Assembly: GCF_006345805.1 (NCBI RefSeq)
Contig: NC_043016.1
Span: 28,458,001 to 28,522,000, forward strand
Length of the DNA: 64,000 bases
Direction of reading: 5' to 3'
DNA from: Octopus sinensis
Taxonomy: Eukaryota
Part shown: piece after piece, positions 63,961 through 64,000 of the stretch
Layout: each line of letters begins with the position of its first letter
How positions within the stretch are numbered: position 1 is the first letter of the stretch
Position numbers and translations under genes: made by a program
Notes under the pieces: generated by a model
The model's input: only the letters and a program-made list of their open reading frames with translations
Told to the model about the DNA's origin: nothing
The model's database searches: none

Positions 63961-64000
63961 AATATATTTACACATATATGTATATGCATATGTACACGCA

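Overview
AT-rich, repeat-dense eukaryotic DNA. The repeat families (tRNA-headed SINEs, (GAT)n-tailed RTE ends, long (AT)n tracts) look to me like a coleoid cephalopod, probably Octopus; this is inferred, not verified. The only firmly supported gene is a + strand RAD6/UBE2A-type ubiquitin-conjugating enzyme. It has four coding exons (15955-16035, 28953-29068, 39848-39936, 50710-50862), canonical AG/GT sites, compatible phases, the HPN motif and the catalytic Cys. The first coding exon was not found and probably lies upstream. The protein ends in a short acidic tail ([11 protein letters not shown]). The rest is mostly mobile DNA: two SINE families, RTE and CR1 LINE fragments, hAT-like and piggyBac-like MITEs, a non-autonomous Helitron, and mini/microsatellites. 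The most notable unexplained signal is a set of minimal type I hammerhead ribozyme (HHR) motifs of the Penelope-associated kind: six recognisable copies plus two partial ones. Several are arranged as head-to-head inverted pairs, and two sit in a tRNA-headed SINE-like element. Most copies carry core lesions, many at CpG sites. The pair at 31804-32107 keeps all conserved core bases. There are also long foldbacks, a PHD finger inside an RTE reverse transcriptase, and weak evidence for unidentified coding exons near the right end. All alignments and folds were done by eye; no database searches were run.
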